DNA from: a virus
Reading direction: 5' to 3' (one strand)
Virus record (IMG/VR): IMGVR_UViG_3300034284_003265
Span: 27,194 to 91,193 of that record
DNA: 64,000 nucleotides
Of this stretch, positions 1-9,612 are shown piece by piece. The notes under the pieces were generated by a model that saw nothing but the letters and a program-made list of their open reading frames with translations, had not been told where the DNA came from and ran no database searches. The position numbers and the translations under genes are program-made. The first letter of the stretch is position 1, and each line of letters starts with the position of its first letter.

Positions 1-230
1 TTAATTTGTACAAAAGTCTTTTATCAGACCGTGGTTATATAGCATTTCACGATATCGATCCAAATCATATATTTGCTGGATCTTATGCTGGAGAAGTTTA
101 TAAATTCTGGCAAGATTTAGACGAAGGGTCCAAAATTAATTTGACATGTACCAAGTCTTCTGGTAAAGTAAAACTAAATGGAATATATTCACATGGATTT
201 GGTGGAATAGGTCTTTGGACTCCAAATTGA
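1..230 (+). CDS. 3' end of a probable class I SAM-dependent methyltransferase (Methyltransf_24-like), truncated by the window edge
   Basis: 'LSDRGYIAFHDI' resembles the LxxGGxIxFHD C-terminal motif; the listed start is TTG and the frame is open to the window edge. Confidence 0.55.
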   Translation, partial: NLYKSLLSDRGYIAFHDIDPNHIFAGSYAGEVYKFWQDLDEGSKINLTCTKSSGKVKLNGIYSHGFGGIGLWTPN

Positions 231-260
231 TATTTATAATTAGTTCTTTTAAAATTTTAT

Positions 261-645
261 GGGCGCGTACTGGTATCGATTTAATAGTACACGTATGTTA
301 GGCACGTAGAGGATGATAGTTGGCCTCTTTAATACACCTATCGAAATATTAACTGCTGAAGATAACGTAGTTAGCTATGACTTCTCTTACGATGAAGTAG
401 TAGCCCTTGCAGCCTAAGTTGTTGCACATTCAATACAATGAAGTCTGATATTTGTGTTGAGTGTAAATTATTGGACTGGACCAAATATTTGATTTGCGTA
501 AATGGTCGAGATATTAGTAAATCTTAAGGGTAATATTTTTAGATATTTTTCATTATTACTCCCTAACAATTTAAAATATATAAGCGTGTAGTCTGATGTA
601 GGTTATCTGTTAAACACGGCGGTTCAACTCCGCCCGCGTCCACCA
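261..645 (+). ncRNA. ssrA: tmRNA, with tag ORF 355-417 encoding AEDNVVSYDFSYDEVVALAA*
   Basis: 5' GGGCGCG pairs with 3' CGCGTCC, giving the G3:U Ala identity pair; T-arm GGCGG-TTCAACT-CCGCC; encoded ACCA end; GCT resume codon after TAACT; tag ends in ALAA. Confidence 0.95.
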
Positions 646-647
646 TT

Positions 648-863
648 TTATTCTGGTTCAAAATCAATGTAGCTATCAATAATCAACACTCCACTATCAT
701 TGATGTAACCTTCTTCAATTAAATACTTCGTGATTCGTTCTCTACAACAATCATCCTCGTATAGATCACATTTTTCTGGATGTCTTAGTACAACAAATCT
801 GTTAGCCCAAACAGTTATATCGTGGTTGTTTATACTAACTTGGTGAAAATTAATCTCTTCCAT
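648..863 (-). CDS. hypothetical protein
   Basis: 71-aa ORF with TACTTATA motif just upstream on the minus strand (868-875). Confidence 0.7.
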   Translation of the reverse strand: MEEINFHQVSINNHDITVWANRFVVLRHPEKCDLYEDDCCRERITKYLIEEGYINDSGVLIIDSYIDFEPE

Positions 864-888
864 TAAGTATAAGTATATTTATACAGTA

Positions 889-1299
889 ATGAAAAGATAT
901 AGTTTATTATACGAATCTAGCATATATGATTATCTAGTGTGGGAACCAACTGGAAAATTTCAGTATATTGCTGATGAGTTAGATAAAATTCCTACAGACA
1001 GTACTAAACTTTATAGAGGAATGTCTGAGAAAGAATATAATATTTTGAAGAGTACTGGTAAAGTTACTTCAAGAGGTAAAGGAAATACCCGAAACATATC
1101 AGGTAGTTATCTAGCGAGTGATTTTAAATTGGCAGCTAGGTTTGCCTTGGTCAATTACAGAGACAAAGGAGAAGGTATTATAGTAGTAGTAGATAAAAGT
1201 AAGTTACCCGATTTAAAAAATGTAGATCCAGGTAATTATGTTACTAGTTATATACCGATAGAAGCAGTAACCAAAATTATAGACTTAAAACAGTTATGA
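889..1299 (+). CDS. putative ADP-ribosyltransferase-fold protein
   Basis: 'KLYRGM' first strand, 'GSYLASDFKLAARFA' and 'GIIVVVD' follow the ART-fold pattern; TATTTATA at 876-883. Confidence 0.5.
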   Translation: MKRYSLLYESSIYDYLVWEPTGKFQYIADELDKIPTDSTKLYRGMSEKEYNILKSTGKVTSRGKGNTRNISGSYLASDFKLAARFALVNYRDKGEGIIVVVDKSKLPDLKNVDPGNYVTSYIPIEAVTKIIDLKQL

Positions 1300-1481
1300 G
1301 TAACATTAAACTAACAAAGGCTGAAGCCGAAAAGAAAGTATATCAACTAACCGAAGATCTCTTACACGTTAAGAAAGACTTCAAAGATGTAGCTGCTGGC
1401 TACAAAGATCGTATGAAAGAAATTGAATCTGAAATTAAAGCTATCGTAGAAGAAGCTTCAATTGGAGATCCAACTAAGTAA
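1296..1481 (+). CDS. small coiled-coil hypothetical protein
   Basis: ATGA overlap with the upstream stop; followed by a terminator. Confidence 0.75.
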   Translation: MSNIKLTKAEAEKKVYQLTEDLLHVKKDFKDVAAGYKDRMKEIESEIKAIVEEASIGDPTK

Positions 1482-1484
1482 AAC

Positions 1485-1512
1485 AAAACCCGGTCTTTCG
1501 ACCGGGTTTTTT
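1485..1512. terminator. bidirectional intrinsic terminator
   Basis: AAAACCCGGTC-TTTC-GACCGGGTTTT between convergent genes. Confidence 0.9.
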
Positions 1513-1514
1513 AT

Positions 1515-1796
1515 TTATTGTTTAGATATTGGTTTAAACGTACCGTCTTTTAAATTCAGACTGCCGTCACCGTATTTTTGACTCAACGAGTTTAGTAAAT
1601 TATCTTCTTCTTGTTGAGTTTTCTTCCAATTTTCAAATACTTCATTTCTACGAAGTGTCAATTCTTTAATTTGTTGTTCCAAATCTGTTTTCTCCAAATC
1701 AACTTGACCTAAAGTAAAGATATGTTGTTGATAATCATTTTGCAATTTAGCAATTGATTGCATTTCTTGCTCTGTAAACTTAATAACGTCACTCAT
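1515..1796 (-). CDS. coiled-coil hypothetical protein
   Basis: 93-aa ORF with heptad pattern, ends at the terminator. Confidence 0.8.
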   Translation of the reverse strand: MSDVIKFTEQEMQSIAKLQNDYQQHIFTLGQVDLEKTDLEQQIKELTLRRNEVFENWKKTQQEEDNLLNSLSQKYGDGSLNLKDGTFKPISKQ

Positions 1797-1851
1797 AGTA
1801 TTTTTATATACATATGAACGACGTTATTTTTTTAGTTTTTATAATCGATTA

Positions 1852-4539
1852 TTATTTGTTTATATTTTTTAACAAATTACCAAGTTTTGTTATCGATTCT
1901 GCTGCGCCTTTAGTATCTCCTTTAGATTGAATACCAAAACCTTTTACTTGTGGTTCAGAAGTACTCGTTGGTTCTGGTTTGATAGATTTAGGTTTCTTGG
2001 AACCTTTTGGTTGTTCTTCTGGTTTGTTAGGAGTTATTTGACTGCCGTCTTCTTCAAGAATGAACGTTCTAGCTGTAGTTACAGCGAATATAAATTTAGG
2101 TTTATATTTTTCGTTCATTGGATCATCGATGAATTTAGATATAAATCTAGTGTGGGTTTGTAACATACTAGAAATTTCGCCACTCAATTGATCGTCGCCT
2201 TGAATACACTCATTAACTTTATCAAATAGTACTTGATACGAAGCTTGACTTTGGAACTTATATTTTTTAGGATTAAAAGTAGGATCTTTCATTATTCCAT
2301 TTGTAAGAGCCATTACAAAGTGAGAAGTAAATTCTTTTTTCATTGACTCAACAGATAGATTAACTACAGCTTCTTTCAATTTTCCTTTGAATGAATCTAC
2401 ATATGTTTTTGATATGAGATTTTTATTACCGATTCTAAATGCCATCGGTTTTCCATTCATCAAAATTGTGTATCTAGCACTTACATTTGATGAATTTTTG
2501 ATATAATAAACAACACTTACTTTGTCTGGACCTGTTAATTTTGGTTTCGTATAATCTCCACCTTGAGGAATTACGAATCCTTGTAAACGTAACGCGAATA
2601 CTTGTTTACGAGCAATTTTTCTAATCTTGTCACAATCTTCTGGACCAAATAGATTATCATCGCCTGGTTGTCCTGGTTTTGGAGGAGTAACTAGTCCAGG
2701 TTGTGGTGGTTGTGGAACTGGTGTTGGACCAGGTTGTGGGGTAGGAGTAACTGGTTCTGGTACAATTGGAGTTGGGCCAGGAGGAGTTGGAGTTGGTTGT
2801 GGCGCTGGTACTTTATCTGGAAGTGCTTCTTTATCTGATTTACGTGGATACAACCAATCTTTAACTTTCATCAAGTAGTCATAAACGTTTTTATCAGTTT
2901 CCAATATTTTTTTCTCAACATCTGCTCTTGTTGGATTTTTAAGTTTGAGTAATATACCAGCATTTGTTAAGAACTTATTATAAGCACTTTCGACTGATTT
3001 ATAATCCATTCTTTCAGCACCCATATTTGCGCCTCTAGTACCAAACGCATATTGAAGAGGATTTGCTTCGGCTAATAATTCAGCTTTAATCACATCTAGT
3101 TCCAAAGCTTCTTGTATACCGAATTTCTTGCTAAACATACTCAATAGTCCTTTTCGCATAAGTTGTTGTCTTATGCCAGGAGCATTTATTAATTGTTTTG
3201 CTTCACCTACGTCTTTTATGGAATTTATCCACATTTCTAATGCTTCTTTAGGCTGTACATATTGACCATTAATAAGTTTTACAACGTCTTGGGTTAACTG
3301 CCCAGCTTTTAAAGAAGTCCAATCTGGTAAATTATTCAATGCATTTATTTTTGATTGAATTGTATCGCCTGTTATTGATGGTACAGTGGTTGTAGTAACT
3401 CCTCCAGTGCCACCACCAAATGATGCTCCAGCGGGTCCTGCTGGACCTTGTGGCCCAGCTGGGCCTTGTGGTCCCGCAGGTCCAGGTCCACTCTCTCCTG
3501 GTACTCCAGGTTCACCAGCTGCGCCTGCTGGACCCATTCCGCCTGCTGGTCCTTGTGGTCCCATTGCTCCAGCTGGTCCTTGAAATTTATGCATCAACCA
3601 TTCCATTATTTTTGGAATGTATTTTGTGAACAGATCGCTAATTCCAATTGCTGCAGCGGTAACGGTTGCGCCTTTAACACCGGCACGTACAGGTTCTTCT
3701 CCTTTTAGTATGCCCACTATGGTTCTTAATGCGGTACCCAATATAAATGTTGATATCTTTGGAATCAATGCTAATGGACCAAGTTTAACAACGAGCAAAC
3801 TAACGAGTGCGCCAATAAGTATATTGGTTATATAAGGATGTTCTCTTGCAAAAATACCAATTTCATCTAAAGCATCATTGAATGATTGTGGCAATTTAGC
3901 ACGTAGTTTATTCAATAACTGTTCTACTTTAGATTGTTTTGCAGCAATTTCTTCTGGAGTGCCTGCTGACCATTGTAGTTTAGGATTTGGTCTTAAATTT
4001 GCAAATCTTTTACCAAATAGTACACCTAAACCAGGAATGCCTTGTTTAGTATTTTGTGTATTTGCGGTACCTCCGAATTTATCGGCACTTGTTTCTGGAT
4101 CTGGTGCATATTGACTTGGACCAGGACCAACTCCTCGATAATTTTGAAGTGCAGCTGAAACATTAGCTGGCATACCTGAAAGCGCAGGCGGAGGAGTTGT
4201 TGTAACGTATGGTTCGGTTTGTTGTTTAAACGTCTGAAAATAGGTATCTAGTTTAGTTTTAGCGTCTCCAGCTTTAAATATATTTTTGAAACCAGCGGTT
4301 GCTCTTTGAAATATATCTTCGCTTAATTTAGAATCTTGTTTTATTATTTCGTATAAAACCTCTGTTTGTAATTCTATACCCTGATTGATACCCTCTTGAT
4401 ATAATTTATAGAATTTTGATTTTTTACTAACTCCTAAATATGATTCGGTCAAAGACTTCTTAGAATTAAATTCTGTATATATAAATTCTCTTAAAATGTC
4501 TTTTATTACAGCTTCTTTATGATTTAAATTTTGGTCCAT
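1852..4539 (-). CDS. 895-aa protein with hydrophobic segments, a collagen-like tract and a Pro/Thr-rich linker
   Basis: '[21 protein letters not shown]' TM-like segment; Gly-X-Y run GPAGAMGPQ...GPAGPAG; PTPTPPGP linker; TATTTAT upstream (4545-4551, minus strand). Confidence 0.85.
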   Translation of the reverse strand: MDQNLNHKEAVIKDILREFIYTEFNSKKSLTESYLGVSKKSKFYKLYQEGINQGIELQTEVLYEIIKQDSKLSEDIFQRATAGFKNIFKAGDAKTKLDTYFQTFKQQTEPYVTTTPPPALSGMPANVSAALQNYRGVGPGPSQYAPDPETSADKFGGTANTQNTKQGIPGLGVLFGKRFANLRPNPKLQWSAGTPEEIAAKQSKVEQLLNKLRAKLPQSFNDALDEIGIFAREHPYITNILIGALVSLLVVKLGPLALIPKISTFILGTALRTIVGILKGEEPVRAGVKGATVTAAAIGISDLFTKYIPKIMEWLMHKFQGPAGAMGPQGPAGGMGPAGAAGEPGVPGESGPGPAGPQGPAGPQGPAGPAGASFGGGTGGVTTTTVPSITGDTIQSKINALNNLPDWTSLKAGQLTQDVVKLINGQYVQPKEALEMWINSIKDVGEAKQLINAPGIRQQLMRKGLLSMFSKKFGIQEALELDVIKAELLAEANPLQYAFGTRGANMGAERMDYKSVESAYNKFLTNAGILLKLKNPTRADVEKKILETDKNVYDYLMKVKDWLYPRKSDKEALPDKVPAPQPTPTPPGPTPIVPEPVTPTPQPGPTPVPQPPQPGLVTPPKPGQPGDDNLFGPEDCDKIRKIARKQVFALRLQGFVIPQGGDYTKPKLTGPDKVSVVYYIKNSSNVSARYTILMNGKPMAFRIGNKNLISKTYVDSFKGKLKEAVVNLSVESMKKEFTSHFVMALTNGIMKDPTFNPKKYKFQSQASYQVLFDKVNECIQGDDQLSGEISSMLQTHTRFISKFIDDPMNEKYKPKFIFAVTTARTFILEEDGSQITPNKPEEQPKGSKKPKSIKPEPTSTSEPQVKGFGIQSKGDTKGAAESITKLGNLLKNINK
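3424..3580 (-). repeat. collagen-like Gly-X-Y coding repeat
   Basis: about 17 G-X-Y triplets with one interruption. Confidence 0.85.
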
Positions 4540-4580
4540 ATTAAATAAATATAGATTTGATCTAGAACTTTAAAATAATA

Positions 4581-4609
4581 TTGACATCTTCAGCTTCTGT
4601 ATATATACT
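4581..4609 (+). promoter_or_regulatory. sigma70-type early promoter
   Basis: TTGACA-17 nt-TATACT. Confidence 0.8.
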
Positions 4610-4689
4610 TGATTGAGTATGAGACTGGTAATCTTGTATTTCTAATTATATATACCAACAGTTAAACACTTAAAAAGTAATAATATAGT

Positions 4690-4884
4690 ATGTCAGTAGT
4701 CAAAAATAACATATCAATGGAGAGACAGAGTAAATACGTTGTTATTCGTAATGGTCTAAGAGTATCCGATTTAGAATATTCGAATAAAGAAGAAGCTAAA
4801 GTGGAATATGATCATTGGAAGAATATCATTACACGTTGGCCAGATGGAAGTAAACTAGAAATTCTCGAAACGAAAGGTAGGTAA
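4690..4884 (+). CDS. hypothetical protein
   Basis: ORF downstream of the sigma70 promoter. Confidence 0.7.
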   Translation: MSVVKNNISMERQSKYVVIRNGLRVSDLEYSNKEEAKVEYDHWKNIITRWPDGSKLEILETKGR

Positions 4885-4886
4885 TT

Positions 4887-5114
4887 ATGGGATTAAAAGA
4901 ACAAATTAAAAATGCAAGTTCCGAATCGGAGATTTCCTCTTTATTGACAAAAGGAAAATCTTTTGAATTTGCAAACGAATCCACAAAACGGTCATGGAAA
5001 TCAGCAGCTAGAGTTAGGTTAACTTCATTAACTGGCAATGACGTTACTCAAACTCCTGAAAAAGAAGTTGTTGCAAAAAAGACTCCAAAAAAGAAAAAAG
5101 ATAAAGTTGGTTAA
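4887..5114 (+). CDS. small basic hypothetical protein
   Basis: SD-like AAAGGTAGG upstream; Lys-rich C-terminus; terminator follows. Confidence 0.75.
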   Translation: MGLKEQIKNASSESEISSLLTKGKSFEFANESTKRSWKSAARVRLTSLTGNDVTQTPEKEVVAKKTPKKKKDKVG

Positions 5115-5136
5115 CTATAAATAAATCACTCGAAAT

Positions 5137-5168
5137 AAAGGCGTTACGTAATGGTAACGCCTTTTTTG
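5137..5168 (+). terminator. intrinsic terminator
   Basis: AAAGGCGTTAC-GTAATG-GTAACGCCTTT followed by a T tract. Confidence 0.85.
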
Positions 5169-5194
5169 TTTTTATTTTTCTATTTATTGAATGA

Positions 5195-5554
5195 ATGGAT
5201 AAATCATTTAGTGTAATGTCTTTACCGTTTGAGTATGATGAAATGGAATCATTTATTCAAACATACAAAGATAAGTTAATGGAACAAATTGTATCATCGG
5301 TACAATATGCGTTGGACAATGATTATCCTACTGTCGAGGTATTTTCTTTTAAAAATTCAGATTTTATTGTTATATTAACCCAATCGGAATTCAAGGATAA
5401 TATTGATAATGTCTTTGAATATTATGTGAATACGGAGCAATATGAATTTTGTTCCCGTTTAGTAAAATTAAAAAAACAAATAGAACAACATGAGCAAAAA
5501 CAACAAGAAAGACACAAGCCCAAAAGTTCATCAAAACGCAAAGATCAGAGATGA
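5195..5554 (+). CDS. hypothetical protein
   Basis: 119-aa ORF; TATTTAT at 5181-5187. Confidence 0.75.
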   Translation: MDKSFSVMSLPFEYDEMESFIQTYKDKLMEQIVSSVQYALDNDYPTVEVFSFKNSDFIVILTQSEFKDNIDNVFEYYVNTEQYEFCSRLVKLKKQIEQHEQKQQERHKPKSSSKRKDQR

Positions 5555-6206
5555 TATCAAGATCGATAAACGTGAATTAACACCAAAACAAAAAGAATTA
5601 TTAGAATTATTACAAAATAAGAATACAAAGTGTGTCTTTATTGCTGGTCCAGCCGGTACATCAAAAACTTATACATCTGTTTTAGCCGGTTTGAATTTAT
5701 TGAATCAAAAAAGAGTAAGTGAAATAGTATATGTTAGAAGTATAGTTGAAAGTAGCGATAGTAAGTTAGGATTTTTGCCTGGGGAAATGGATGAAAAAAT
5801 GAGTCCATATATTCAACCACTTATTGATAAGTTAGAAGAATTGGTACCAAAACACGATATTGATAAGTTGAAAAAAGAAGAACGTATCCATGGATTTCCA
5901 ATAAACTTTTTACGTGGTTTGAGTTGGAATGCTAAATGTATTGTAGCGGATGAAGCACAAAACATGACTAAAAAAGAACTTACTACGTTAATTACGCGTG
6001 TAGGCGAATTTAGTAAATTGTTTATTTGCGGTGATCCAGATCAAAGCGATATTAATGGTAAAAGTGGATTTGTACCAATGATGAATGTATTTGACGACGA
6101 AGAAAGTAGAAATAATGGTGTATATGTATTTAGATTCGAAGAAGAAGATATTGTGAGAAGTGGATTAGTTAAATTTGTATTAAAAAAACTAAAAACTCTG
6201 CAATAA
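5490..6206 (+). CDS. phoH: PhoH-like ATPase
   Basis: GPAGTSKT Walker A, LGFLPG, FLRGLS, DEAQN, TRVG and GDPDQSD motifs. Confidence 0.95.
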   Translation: MSKNNKKDTSPKVHQNAKIRDDIKIDKRELTPKQKELLELLQNKNTKCVFIAGPAGTSKTYTSVLAGLNLLNQKRVSEIVYVRSIVESSDSKLGFLPGEMDEKMSPYIQPLIDKLEELVPKHDIDKLKKEERIHGFPINFLRGLSWNAKCIVADEAQNMTKKELTTLITRVGEFSKLFICGDPDQSDINGKSGFVPMMNVFDDEESRNNGVYVFRFEEEDIVRSGLVKFVLKKLKTLQ

Positions 6207-6224
6207 TTATATTTATATAAAATT

Positions 6225-7598
6225 ATGCCAGTCTTATCTAATAACGGAAGATTAATTTCGAGTTTACCTATTGCGTCAAGTATAACTGGCGCCGATGAAT
6301 TATTGATTCAATCAAGCGGTGTCACTAAACGAATATATTACGCCACAATTTCTTCCAGCTTATTTTCTAGTTTGAGTTCTTATAACGGACTTGTTATATT
6401 AACAAATGACAATAATCAGTTTACAGGCAGTTTTTACAACCCAGATTTTAAATCATCTAATTTTTATACAGTTGCGGTTAGAAATACACTGACGGGTAAT
6501 ACTATTATTGCAACCTCTGGTTTTTCTGGAAATGTAACTGGCAACATAACATCTACTGGAACAAGTACATTTAGTAGTATTGATGTTAATGGAGGCGCTA
6601 TAGATGGAACATCTATAGGAAATTCATCCGAATCAACTATAAAAGGAACGAGAATAAGCGCTAGTATAGGTTTCAGAGGTAATATAACGTCTATAGGAAC
6701 AAGTACATTTAGTAACATTGATGTCAATGGTGGAACTATAGATGGTACGTCTATAGGAAATTCATCCGAATCAACTATAAAAGGAACGAGAATAAGCGCT
6801 AGTATAGGTTTCAGAGGTAATATAACAGGTTCGTTAAGAGGAGATATATATAGCCAAAATGGTAACAAAGTACTAGAAAATGGCACCAGTGCAAATCCAA
6901 ACGGGAATATACCTACAGCATTTTTTTACGGAACAAGTTCATATGCTATACAAGCACTAACAGCCGCCTATGCAGCTGCTGGTGGATCAGCAATAAATGG
7001 TATACCAAGCGGCGGAACTCAGTACCAAGTTTTAACTAAAAATACTGGAACTAACTATGATGTTGGATGGATAACTCCTATTACACGAAGTAGTGTACCA
7101 AATTCAAATTATTTAGCATTTTGGAATAATCCTACTACTTTATCAGATACGCAGATTTTATATACAACTTCTCCAAATGTTTTAACTTTTAATCCTGGTA
7201 CACTGAGAGTTCAAAATATAGAAATAATAGGCAATGGCTCCATTACTGGTTCATATAGAGGCAATCCTACAGATACAAAAACTATTAGTTCATTAAACCA
7301 GGGTAGATTTTTAAATGGGGTAAAATATGCAACACTTATACTTGAGTTAAGTCAGAGTGGAAACGTTACAATGTCATTATTGGATGGACAAACATCGACT
7401 GTTTTGGTAAAAAACAGTAATACATATACTATTCAACACTGGTCAGGTAGTTTAAATGGATCGACTGCTAATACTAAAATTTATTGGAAATCTGGCGTGG
7501 AACCATCTGTAACATCAGGCAATTTAAAACAAGATGTTTTCACATTTGTTAATGTTAAAGATAGAATTTATGGTTCTGCAATTCAGAATTTTAGTTGA
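6225..7598 (+). CDS. tail fibre / virion structural protein
   Basis: S/T/G/N-rich beta repeats (IDVNGGAIDGTSIG), 'GIPSGGTQYQVLTKN' fibre joint, C-terminal 'IYW...P..T...DVFTF' tip-like motif. Confidence 0.75.
   Translation: MPVLSNNGRLISSLPIASSITGADELLIQSSGVTKRIYYATISSSLFSSLSSYNGLVILTNDNNQFTGSFYNPDFKSSNFYTVAVRNTLTGNTIIATSGFSGNVTGNITSTGTSTFSSIDVNGGAIDGTSIGNSSESTIKGTRISASIGFRGNITSIGTSTFSNIDVNGGTIDGTSIGNSSESTIKGTRISASIGFRGNITGSLRGDIYSQNGNKVLENGTSANPNGNIPTAFFYGTSSYAIQALTAAYAAAGGSAINGIPSGGTQYQVLTKNTGTNYDVGWITPITRSSVPNSNYLAFWNNPTTLSDTQILYTTSPNVLTFNPGTLRVQNIEIIGNGSITGSYRGNPTDTKTISSLNQGRFLNGVKYATLILELSQSGNVTMSLLDGQTSTVLVKNSNTYTIQHWSGSLNGSTANTKIYWKSGVEPSVTSGNLKQDVFTFVNVKDRIYGSAIQNFS
6561..6826 (+). 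repeat. 138-nt (46-aa) tandem duplication
   Basis: 6612-6688 is identical to 6750-6826. Confidence 0.9.
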
Positions 7599-7599
7599 T

Positions 7600-8040
7600 A
7601 TGAGAAATTTTGCATTTTGGCAACAAGTTACATCAGGTGGAGGTACCAGTTATAATTTTAGTGATTATAGTCATCCAAGTAATTTTTCAACTTGTAAAAC
7701 GACGGTTAGAAATTTAATTACGGCACAAAGTTTAAGTAATATTGGAGATGATACAAAAATAGTATTACAATTTGTTGTGAATAGGTTAACTACTGTTACA
7801 AATGTAACTAATACAAATTCTTGGGCGCCGTATGGTACAACTACAATTAATTATAATTTAACATATCCAACAAAAGATCCTGATCCTGTAGTTCCAACTG
7901 GAAATAACATCGTTACTTTTGAAGTAAGAAAAAATTCAGATAGCTCATTAGTTGCTAATGGAACTCTTACGTTTTTAAGCAATGATGGTGCATCTGAATC
8001 TTATATAGAAATTGACTTTATTATATCACAAGTTATATAA
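7600..8040 (+). CDS. hypothetical fibre-associated protein
   Basis: ATG at 7600 directly after the upstream TGA; T/N-rich beta composition. Confidence 0.65.
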   Translation: MRNFAFWQQVTSGGGTSYNFSDYSHPSNFSTCKTTVRNLITAQSLSNIGDDTKIVLQFVVNRLTTVTNVTNTNSWAPYGTTTINYNLTYPTKDPDPVVPTGNNIVTFEVRKNSDSSLVANGTLTFLSNDGASESYIEIDFIISQVI

Positions 8041-8072
8041 CTAAATTTCTTATTTAATTATACTTATAATAT

Positions 8073-8417
8073 ATGGCAATAAGTCCCTGTAACACTTTAA
8101 ATGTAAAAACGCTTAGAATAAGTCAATTAGCTTCTTCTGCTATTAGTTCCAATGATGTACTGATGATTTCTCAGTATGATAGTATCAATAACGTATATTA
8201 TTCTAAAAAAGCTACATTTGGAAATTTAATAACATATTTTGGTACCGTTAACGCTTCTTACAAAGGTTCGTTTACAGGTAGTTTAGACATAACATCTGGT
8301 TTGACAGGATCTAGTGTGGTTATATCACCAAGTGCTGGTACATTTTTTAATGACAATTTCTTATCTATATATTTGAATGGAAATCCATACAAAATTCCAT
8401 TGTATCCAAACGTTTAA
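8073..8417 (+). CDS. short virion fibre/decoration protein
   Basis: N-terminus paralogous to 6225 and 8430 (RISQL...DVLMI...SKK); GSFTGS motif. Confidence 0.65.
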   Translation: MAISPCNTLNVKTLRISQLASSAISSNDVLMISQYDSINNVYYSKKATFGNLITYFGTVNASYKGSFTGSLDITSGLTGSSVVISPSAGTFFNDNFLSIYLNGNPYKIPLYPNV

Positions 8418-8429
8418 TATTTATTATAT

Positions 8430-9581
8430 ATGCCTTTACCATGTAATAATGTCAGTGTAACTCCAATTAAAGTAAGTCAACTAGTTAGATATTCAAATTT
8501 AGACGGTGGCGATATATTGTTGACAGTAGAATCAGGTTCTTTACTTTGGTCAAGACGTAGTACTGTTAATGATTTAAAAGTTTCTATGGGAAAACTTACA
8601 GGATCGTACTCTGGTAGTTTTACCGGAAGTTTTGTAGGAGTATCATCTGGTAGTTTTAGCGGTAGCTACTGGGGAAAAATAACTAGTAAAAATGTTAAAG
8701 CCACGGGTAGTTTTAGTGGAAGTCATTGGGGAAGTTTAATTAGCAAAAACACTAAAGCCACAGGCAGTTTTAGCGGTAGTTATTGGGGAAGTTTAATTAG
8801 CAAAAATACTAAAGCCACAGGCAGTTTTAGCGGTAGTTATTGGGGGGCTATAGTAAGTAAAAACATTAAAGCCACAGGTAGTTTTAATGGTACTAATAAT
8901 AAATTAAGTGGCAGTTTTAGTGGCAGTTATTGGGGATCCATAAATAGTAAAAATGCTAAAGCCACCGGCAGTTTTAGTGGCACAAACAACAAACTGAGTG
9001 GCAGTTTTAGTGGCAGTTATTTTGGAAAAGTAGTTAGTAAAAATTCACTTTTAACCGGTAGTTTTAGAGGCATAGATAATATCACAAATTTTAAAAATAC
9101 AGGCAAAAAAGTATCTTTTAATGGCACATCAAGTTATGCTGTAAGTAGCAGTTATGCACAAACCGCAAGTTTAATTACATCAGGTATTGGTGGATTTCCA
9201 GTTTCATTATACAAAGAACAATTAAGTACAAACACAGTTGCTTTTTTCATAGGCGGCGGCAATGAAGGAGTCGGGACTTTTAATTTCGCAATAACACATG
9301 GTTTTGGTACTAGTCCATCTTTGGTTAGAGCTACGTTATATTGTAATAGTAATGATTTAGGATACGTAACAGGTGATGAAGTAGGAGTTGAAGTAGCTGA
9401 AGATGACACTGGAGGCGCCGATGATGAAAGAAACATCTTTGCGGTTTGGACAAATTCCACATATGCAGGTGTATCAATAGGAGAGTATTCAGCTGGAGTT
9501 TATATATCACAGAAAACAGGCGGTACAAGATCTCCAATCAATCAAAATAGTTGGAAATTAAAAATTAGAGTTTGGAAATAA
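8430..9581 (+). CDS. fibre-like virion protein with GSFSGSYWG repeats
   Basis: tandem 19-aa repeats; C-terminal 'ITHGFGTSPSLVRATL...WKLKIRVW' beta domain. Confidence 0.75.
   Translation: MPLPCNNVSVTPIKVSQLVRYSNLDGGDILLTVESGSLLWSRRSTVNDLKVSMGKLTGSYSGSFTGSFVGVSSGSFSGSYWGKITSKNVKATGSFSGSHWGSLISKNTKATGSFSGSYWGSLISKNTKATGSFSGSYWGAIVSKNIKATGSFNGTNNKLSGSFSGSYWGSINSKNAKATGSFSGTNNKLSGSFSGSYFGKVVSKNSLLTGSFRGIDNITNFKNTGKKVSFNGTSSYAVSSSYAQTASLITSGIGGFPVSLYKEQLSTNTVAFFIGGGNEGVGTFNFAITHGFGTSPSLVRATLYCNSNDLGYVTGDEVGVEVAEDDTGGADDERNIFAVWTNSTYAGVSIGEYSAGVYISQKTGGTRSPINQNSWKLKIRVWK
8650..9070 (+). repeat. 57-nt coding tandem repeats (GSFSGSYWGSLISKNTKAT) interspersed with GSFxGTNNKLS units
   Basis: recurring ggcagttttagcggtagttattgggg...aaagccac. 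Confidence 0.9.
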
Positions 9582-9583
9582 AC

Positions 9584-9612
9584 TTGACATTTTTCAAAAA
9601 CTAGTTTATATA
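9584..9612 (+). promoter_or_regulatory. possible sigma70-type promoter of hsp20
   Basis: TTGACA-17 nt-TATATA (imperfect -10). Confidence 0.5.

Noticed and set aside
612-645. Stand-alone tRNA-Ala
   Set aside because: No anticodon arm; the acceptor partner strand is at 261, so this is the tmRNA 3' end
1927-4114. Plus-strand ORFs rich in G/P/C overlapping the 895-aa gene
   Set aside because: Antisense shadows of the collagen and Pro-rich tracts
5116-5123. Canonical T4 late promoter TATAAATA on the + strand
   Set aside because: Lies just before a terminator with no gene to drive; plausibly chance in AT-rich DNA
8650-9070. CRISPR array or DGR template/variable repeats
   Set aside because: Repeats are in-frame coding units with no unique spacers; no cas or reverse transcriptase gene in the window
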